A stretch of 64,000 nt of DNA from Octopus vulgaris (lineage: Eukaryota): positions 27,962,001 to 28,026,000 of the forward strand of contig OX597823.1 of the NCBI GenBank assembly GCA_951406725.2. Reading direction: 5' to 3'. The first letter of the stretch is position 1. Each line of letters opens with the position of its first letter. Made by a program: the position numbers and the translations under genes. The notes below the pieces were generated by a model. It ran no database searches, was not told where the DNA came from, and saw only the letters and a program-made list of their open reading frames with translations. Below, in pieces: positions 57,132 through 64,000 of the stretch.

Positions 57132-57518
57132 GGATAGAAGCACTCCGTTGGTTACGACGATGAGGGTTCCGGTTGATCCGATCAACGGAACAGCCTGCTT
57201 GTGAAATTAACGTATAAGTGGCTGAGCACTCCACAGACACGTGCACCCTTAACATAGTTCTCGGGGATATTCAGCGTGACACAGAGAGTGACAAGGCCGG
57301 CCCCTTGAAATACAGGTACAACAGAAACAGGAAGTAAGAGTGAGAGAAAGTTGTGGTGAAAGAGTACAGCAGGGATCACCACCATCCCCTGCCAGAGCCT
57401 CGTGGAGCTTTTAGGTGTTTTCGCTCAATAAACACTCACAACGCCCGGTCTGGGAATCGAAACCGCGATCCTATGACCGCGAGTCCGCTGCCCTAACCAC
57501 TGGGCCATTGCGCCTCCA
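57132..57518 (-). mobile_element. SINE family B, full length with 11-bp TSD
   Basis: TSD CTGTGTATGAT at 57121-57131 and 57519-57529. Confidence 0.93.
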
Positions 57519-57661
57519 CTGTGTATGATAACAGTGTGTGCAGGAACCTAATCAACGTGTAACTTCTAAAGTACAAGGTATCCACCGCAAGTTTGAGCCT
57601 ATGTAGCGGTAATATGTAGCAAATAATATATTTCGCCTTTACAATTGAAGCTATGCGTTGT

Positions 57662-57975
57662 GGCACTCCGTCAATTACGACGACAAAGGTTCCAGTTGAT
57701 ACGATCAACGAACCAGCCTGCTCTTGAAATTAACGTGCCAAGTGACTGAGCACGCCACAGTCATGCGTATCCTTCACGTAGTTCTCGGGAAGATTCAGCG
57801 TGAAACAGTGTGTGAGAAGGCTGGCCCTTTAAAATACAGGTACAACAGAAACAGGAAGAAGGAGTGAGAGAAAGTTGTGGTGAAAGAAAACAGTTGGGTT
57901 CGCCACCAACCACTACAGGAGCCTCGTGGAGCTTTTAGGTGTTTTCGCTCAATAAACACTCACAACACCCAGTTT
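57662..57975 (-). mobile_element. SINE family B (older, 5'-truncated)
   Basis: Diverged copy of 57137-57450. Confidence 0.8.
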
Positions 57976-58506
57976 GGGTTTCCGCCTACCAAATCAACTC
58001 ACAAGGCTTTGGTCGGGTCGACGCTATAGTAGAAGACACTTGCTCAAGTTACCCGGAACCATATGGTTGGGAAGCAAGCTACTTTATATCATAAAATTTG
58101 CCATAAAGGCATTACAAAGAATAGCTTGCGGGCTGGATATATACATTGATGAGGTGAATGATGAAATAAGGATGATATTGATGAGAGAAGACAAAAAATG
58201 CCCGCCGATTTTCTGCTTCTCTAAGACATTGTTCGTTTTTTTTCAACAGAATAAACAAAACGAGGTATTGAACCTCTCACAACAGTTTTGGCAATTATTG
58301 GACTTAATAGTCCATTACAAATATTAACATGCAAAAATATTCAATATACAATCAACACTAGTCCATTTACAAATGAGGCGCTGGGCCTCTTACACTTTAT
58401 AACAGTGAGGCTTATCAACTTCTTGTCAAAGGGGAGATGAGGAATTATGTACATTATTTACATTATTTACAATTGACGGATATTTGTCCTCATCTTGTTT
58501 CTTGTT

Positions 58507-58552
58507 AACACAGCGTTTCGGCTGATATACCTCCCAGCTTTCATCAGGTGTC
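58507..58552 (-). ncRNA. Minimal type I hammerhead, cleavage triplet mutated (GCU)
   Basis: GACAC-CUGAUGA-AA-GCUG-GGAGGUAUAU-CAGC-C-GAAAC-GCU-GUGUU. Confidence 0.7.
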
Positions 58553-58598
58553 TTGGGGAAATTTCGAACCTGGGTTCCATTCCTAAGGTATTTTTCGA

Positions 58599-58650
<52 letters not shown>

Positions 58651-58653
<3 letters not shown>

Positions 58654-58870
58654 TAGTTTTATTTTTATAGCGTGCTTTCACTTCACTACCGAGCGCAGCT
58701 CTGTGTGCCTTGGGTATGTGCTGTGATTTGTTGTGATGCTCTGATGGTTATTGTATGGAAAGTGTTCTGCGTAGGATGTGTGCAGTGCCTAGTAGTGCAA
58801 TTTTCTGTACGTTAGCTAATTTATTAGGGTTCATTGCTGTATCCAAGTCTATATTTATGTTATTTTCCTT
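58651..58870 (-). mobile_element. R4/Dong deletion derivative (same family as 17480-18632)
   Basis: 3' end matches 17480-17638 and is joined at GTA microhomology (about 58807) to sequence matching 17977-18040. Confidence 0.85.
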
Positions 58871-58892
58871 ATTATTATTATTATTATTATTA

Positions 58893-58927
<35 letters not shown>

Positions 58928-59524
58928 GTTATTGTTGTTGAAGTTGTTGTTGTTGTTGTTGTTGTTATTATTATTATTATTATTATTATTTAGATCACTA
59001 CCTGGAATCGAACTCGGAATCTTGGGGTTAGTAGACTGCGCTCTTAACCAATATGCTCTTAACCACCGGCATATGATATCTCCGCCACACCATCATCTCC
59101 ACCACCACCACCACCACGAACCCCACCATCACAACCACCATAACCACCACCATTACACCACCACCACCACCATCTCCACGACGACCACCACCATCACCGA
59201 CACAATCTCCACATGGAAAGATTACCAATAATATTGACTGCCAGTCTTTCATTAGACTGTCAAAGAGATTGTAGGTTGAGTTCTGTGGATGTCTTCAGGT
59301 CAGAAATAATCTGAATATTAATGGTAAAATTATTTATCCATTAATCATTAAAATGGTGATGATGATGATGTTCACGATGATGATAATCATCATCACCATC
59401 ATCAGCATCACTGCTACCCCTGTCGTCTTTATTATCCTAATCATATTCTACATTTTTCTTTTCCCCCTTATTCCTATTTCTTACATGCCACAAAGTCACG
59501 AAACCAAAGACGTCTCCTCCTCTT

Positions 59525-59582
<58 letters not shown>

Positions 59583-59711
59583 GCGCACAAACACACACAC
59601 ATACGCACACAGACATGTACACATGCAACACAATAACATTGAGATCTTGATATCCCTGTGAAGGGCATTAATAGCATATGTATGCTAGGATTACTACAAT
59701 GACGGACAGAA

Positions 59712-59960
59712 ATTTATTTCTTTATTGCCCGCAGGGGGCTAAACATAGATGGGACAAACAAGGACAGACATGGGGTTTCAGTTGATTACATCGACCCCAG
59801 TGCGTAAATGATACTTAATTTATCGACCCCGAAAGGATGAAAAGCAAAATCGACCACGTCGGAATTTGAACTCAGAATGTAACGCTAGACGAAACACCGC
59901 TAAGCATTTCGCCCGGCGTGCTAAAGATTCTTATTTCTTTATTGCCCATAAGGGGCTAAA
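59712..59960 (-). mobile_element. SINE family C (long-tail variant)
   Basis: Reverse complement of the 20750-20960 unit. Confidence 0.8.
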
Positions 59961-60448
59961 CAGAGAACCGGAACCACTCTACATAAAGAGCCAATCCGTT
60001 TCCCGCAATACAGGCAAATTCCTCTCAGTGAACATATAGAAAAATGTGCAGATAACATCAAACCAAATTTCACAGTCTTCCGTTTCTACCAGTGCAAAGA
60101 CACCGTCTCACAACTAGAACGTTTAAATAAAGAAACTTTTTTCATTGAAAATTACAGAACACGTCTTAATATGCACGCATAACCAACTTTTATCTTTTTA
60201 CATATTTCAATTCACGATTACATCACTGTACATAAATCCCCTCACTAAACAAGGTTTTCGAAACTTGTCTTTGTCTGTACACATATATATTCCCCACACA
60301 TTACCGAAAGCTGAACAGTTATCTCCCTTACCCACAACAATAACAATAATAACGATAACCAATTACCTCCCTTTATTTATCTACGTGTGAAGTCATTCAC
60401 TCGTGAATTTCATCGCACACACTATGTAAGTGTGCGTATTTTCCTTTA

Positions 60449-60526
<78 letters not shown>

Positions 60527-60581
60527 TGTGTGCGCGTGTGTGTGTGTATGTATGTGTATATATATATATATATATGTATGT

Positions 60582-60644
<63 letters not shown>

Positions 60645-60895
60645 ACTATTCGGTGTGTGGTAAAGTGAAGTTTCTTACTTTACCATATTTTTATAAATTA
60701 ATACTTCAAATATACCGTAAATGGTCTTTACATACCGCTATGTTATATCTACTGATTATGGTCTTTTGTAATGTAGTAATGTTCTCATTCTTCTACTAAA
60801 GAGATGCGTAAGAAGCAGTTGTAATGAGCTGACAATTATTAATACTGCTTGGTCGAATTTATTAACAATTAATTAATTCTACCCCCTTTTTTGAT

Positions 60896-60952
<57 letters not shown>

Positions 60953-61326
60953 TATATATGTTCCCACAGACACACACATAGATGATATATATGCGTATAT
61001 TATATATATATTATATGCATGTGTATTATATATGTATAAATATAAATATGTTTCTTAGTTAAACAAGGATTCTGATAGTATCGGATACTTAAAAAGATAT
61101 GCACCAGGTAGAGTTTTATAAACCGGTGATTCCGGTTTATGTTTGCTGAGTATCAAATAGGATATTTCGGTTTTGTACGCAAAGAAAACCAGCCATATGA
61201 GTATTTAGCGCATAGGGGCTAGTTCAAATTCCGCGTTACATTGAATAGTACGTTGTTTGGTATACTGTGAATCCCTATGGGGTATTATAATCAAATGAAT
61301 ATTAACAGATGATGGATAATTGTCAG

Positions 61327-61412
61327 CTCATTACAGCTGTTTCTAAACGCATCTTTCTTGTAGAAGAATGAGAACATTACTCCATTACAGAAAACAGTAA
61401 TCATTAGATGAG
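61327..61412 (-). ncRNA. Hammerhead-like motif, G5A variant with long helix II; more degenerate paralogues at about 60740-60835 (+) and 61540-61605 (+)
   Basis: CUCAU-CUAAUGA-[57 nt]-GAAAC-AGCU-GUA-AUGAG. Palindromic helix III ACAGCUGU. Confidence 0.55.
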
Positions 61413-62325
61413 ACGTAATTCTACAAGCAAAAGAAGATCTCAAGAATACAACAGGGTTGTGGCTGAAGTCTGTCTAAAGTTGACCTCAACTTCAGCCGCG
61501 TTCGTGCTGTATTCTTTCGCTTTTTGTTTGTTTTTAAAACTATGTTATATCTACTGATATTCTTTGTAAGTAATGTTCTCATTCTTCTATTAAGAATGCG
61601 TAAGAACATTTTTTACATTTAGCTCTGAAATTTATTTCATTTCGTTGATTATAAAACAATGATGCCGAAGAGAAATCTTGATGTCGATAAATGACACGGA
61701 AAATCGTAGATTTAGTGTTGTAGCTTAATGGAGTCCTCGATTTGCACAGCAATGCTTGGTTCTCAGAGCAGTGATTTCTAGTTGCTCCCACACTGTGTTA
61801 ACTATTGATATCAAAGCAAAACTAAGCAATTTTCAAAATGTGCCTTATAGACAGCACATTTATGCTCAATATTTTTGTAGCGATATAGAATCCCAGAACT
61901 TTAATATTTTTTATTCTACAACTTATGTCTTTTAACTTGAAATGATATTTCAAACAAAAATATTTTGAATGCTTTGATTTATTAAGTATACAGAAATAAT
62001 TTTATTCTCAAACGCCTGATAATGCTAATACAATCGCATGAACAGGATAAATTATCCATATATTGCATCGTAAGTTGAATTTATTAAGTGTTTTTTCCCC
62101 TGAGTATGATAAATCATACGCTGCGAATCGAAGCGTTCATTTCAGAATATTATAGAATTCATATTTGACGCACAATTGTACTTATTGTTTTGCCTTTTTT
62201 TTTTACTTTATTTGCTGTATTTGCTAGTAAATATATTTAAGGGTCTATTAAGAATTGCAAAATAAATACATTTTTTACATTTAGCTCTGAAAAGTTTATA
62301 AGTGTTTCATTTCGTTTTCAAAACA

Positions 62326-64000
62326 ATGATGCCGAAGAGAAATCTTGATGTCGAAAGGGACGCAGATGAACTATTGAACGTCATCGAAGCAAGTGAGCAT
62401 TCCGAATTATTGGCGGCTGAAATTGAGGATGCACAAGAACTTGGATTTGTTTTGCGTGCTCCAATTGATGGCCTAGATTCTGATAAAGATGATGCAGGCA
62501 ATGATTGCGAAGAGGCACCAGCAAATCGTAGAGACATTGGTCTTGGTGTGCTTTCATAAAGCGCAGAAATTTGACTGCGAAACCAAGATTAGAACAGAAA
62601 TCTTTCTGATAGTTTTCCGTGAAAAAAGTGTGGAAGTGCAGCAAAAACTTTGTGTACATGGGCTTCTAAAGCATTAAAAACACTTCCAAAACAGCTGAGT
62701 ACTAGGTAAACGAATTAAAACCTGGAATTATAAAGAACATAAAGGGAAATGAAAGTAAGCTTTTTGACATCTTCAAATAATGCTTTACTGAAGAAATGAT
62801 GGAACACATATACAAAGAAACAGCTGAATAAGCATCCGAAAAAGGAGGTACATAATTTACTTCGTCTGCTGAAAAATCTTTACAAATATTTTGGAGTCCT
62901 TTTATTGTAAGGATATGAGAAAGCTCCATTTAAAAAATGTATTAGGAGACTCATCTAGAAGCAAATAACTTTCTAGTAAGCCATTCTATGAGTAGAAATA
63001 CATTTGAAAAGATTCACCAATATATACACTTCAACGATAACATGACAATCGATCTTTGTGGCAATCTTAATATAATTAGGCCTCTCCTAGACCATCTAAG
63101 TGGGAAATTCTGTGTGTTTATTCTACCGATAGATAAAAACTTTCTCTCTTGATGAAGCACTGGAGCCTTACTACGGGTACCATGGAATGAAGCAGTTTAC
63201 AAGAGAAAAGCCTATCAATTATGGATTTAAGTTTTCGTATCAACAACAACAGAAGGGTAGTATTTGATTAAATTTTATGTGTGTACTGATGCAGGGGACA
63301 AGTGGCAGGATCTTCAGTAACAGAAAGACTTTATTTAGGTTTTGTATGTCAGGGTGCTTGAATCTTATGGACAATTATTTCACTTCTTTATCCTTGATAC
63401 AGTCTCTGTTAAGTACGAGTCTTTTGTTGGAAGTCTCAGGAAAGATCGAATTGAGCCGACACTTTTAAAGAACCGAAGTAATGCTCAGTGAGGTGCATAT
63501 TGGGCAGCTGAAGATCGAACAAATGGAATTACTCTTGTTAGGTGGAACAATAATAACCAAGTTACTTAAGAAAATTACAATTGTAAATCTCACAACGAGA
63601 GATATTCAGCAACAGTACTTTGGAGTAAAGATTGGTTGCCAACATAACATGGCAGTCCTGGTTTAGGACGAATGTTGTTGTAATTGTTCGAAAATGTAAG
63701 GACACAGATCGTGTCGTATAGCCAGCTGGAGACGATGTCTCCTGGGGCTAAATTACAGCAACATTCGTCCTAAACCAGGACTGCTATTTTATGGTGGCAG
63801 GCAATCTTTACTCCAAGTTACTTTAGTTCCAAATAATTGAAAAGAAAAAAGCTTTGCTTGAAGTCAGAAGTTGTAAGCGATGGAAGAAAACCGAAAGAAA
63901 ATAGGTTACTGTTCCACAACCCAATATCGCTAAGTTATACAACAGACGAATGGGGAGGGAATCGATCTTTCTCATAAAATGAGGGAACATTACAGAAATA
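62326..64000 (+). pseudogene. piggyBac-type transposase pseudogene (runs off the window)
   Basis: FTEEMMEHIYKET, MSRNTFEKIHQYIHFNDN, IRPLLDHL, SLDEALEPYYGYHGMKQFTREKPINYGFKF, MDNYFTS, VPQPNIAKLYN. Many stops and frameshifts. Confidence 0.9.
63614..63822. repeat. Inverted-repeat insert (about 70-bp arms) inside the piggyBac ORF
   Basis: TTGGAGTAAAGATTG...GGACGAATGTTGTTGTAATT pairs with AATTACAGCAACATTCGTCC...CAATCTTTACTCCAA. Confidence 0.85.

Larger units (their letters stand above)
58432..59070 (-). mobile_element. tRNA-head/(AAT)n/hammerhead element copy 2
   Basis: Minus strand: TGGTTAAGAGCGCAGTCTACTAACCCCAAGATTCCGAGTTCGATTCCAGG (tRNA-like, box B), then (AAT)n, a Dong remnant, (AAT)n, and the HHR tail. 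Confidence 0.78.

Noticed and set aside
57360-57430. HDV-like ribozyme in SINE B (UCCACG loop followed by GG and a hairpin, minus strand)
   Set aside because: P1, P2 and P3 cannot be formed together, and J4/2 does not match C-N-R-A.

Overview
AT-rich, microsatellite-saturated eukaryotic intergenic or intronic DNA. The repeat repertoire suggests an octopus/coleoid cephalopod, which is an inference and was not searched. I found no supportable host protein-coding gene. Nearly all listed ORFs are microsatellite read-throughs or decayed transposon frames. The window holds one degenerate 5S rRNA copy, at least 4 tRNA-type SINE families (over 25 copies), R4/Dong RLE retrotransposon pieces in (TAA)n tracts, RTE/CR1-type LINE fragments, Tc1 and maT transposase fossils, a decayed piggyBac and two MITEs. 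The main hidden signal is about 11 hand-foldable hammerhead ribozyme (HHR) motifs from roughly 7 sequence families, including core variants (G3:C8 swap, A6U, U4C, G5A) and a permuted type II-like form. They sit in short non-coding inserts in (TA)n/(CA)n/(AAT)n microsatellites, and several such inserts are asymmetric fold-back palindromes typical of Penelope-like element (PLE) ends. One family looks like a tRNA-headed SINE with a hammerhead tail, and its internal (AAT)n spacer has been invaded by Dong elements in both copies. All folding and alignment was done by eye. Repeat boundaries are approximate.
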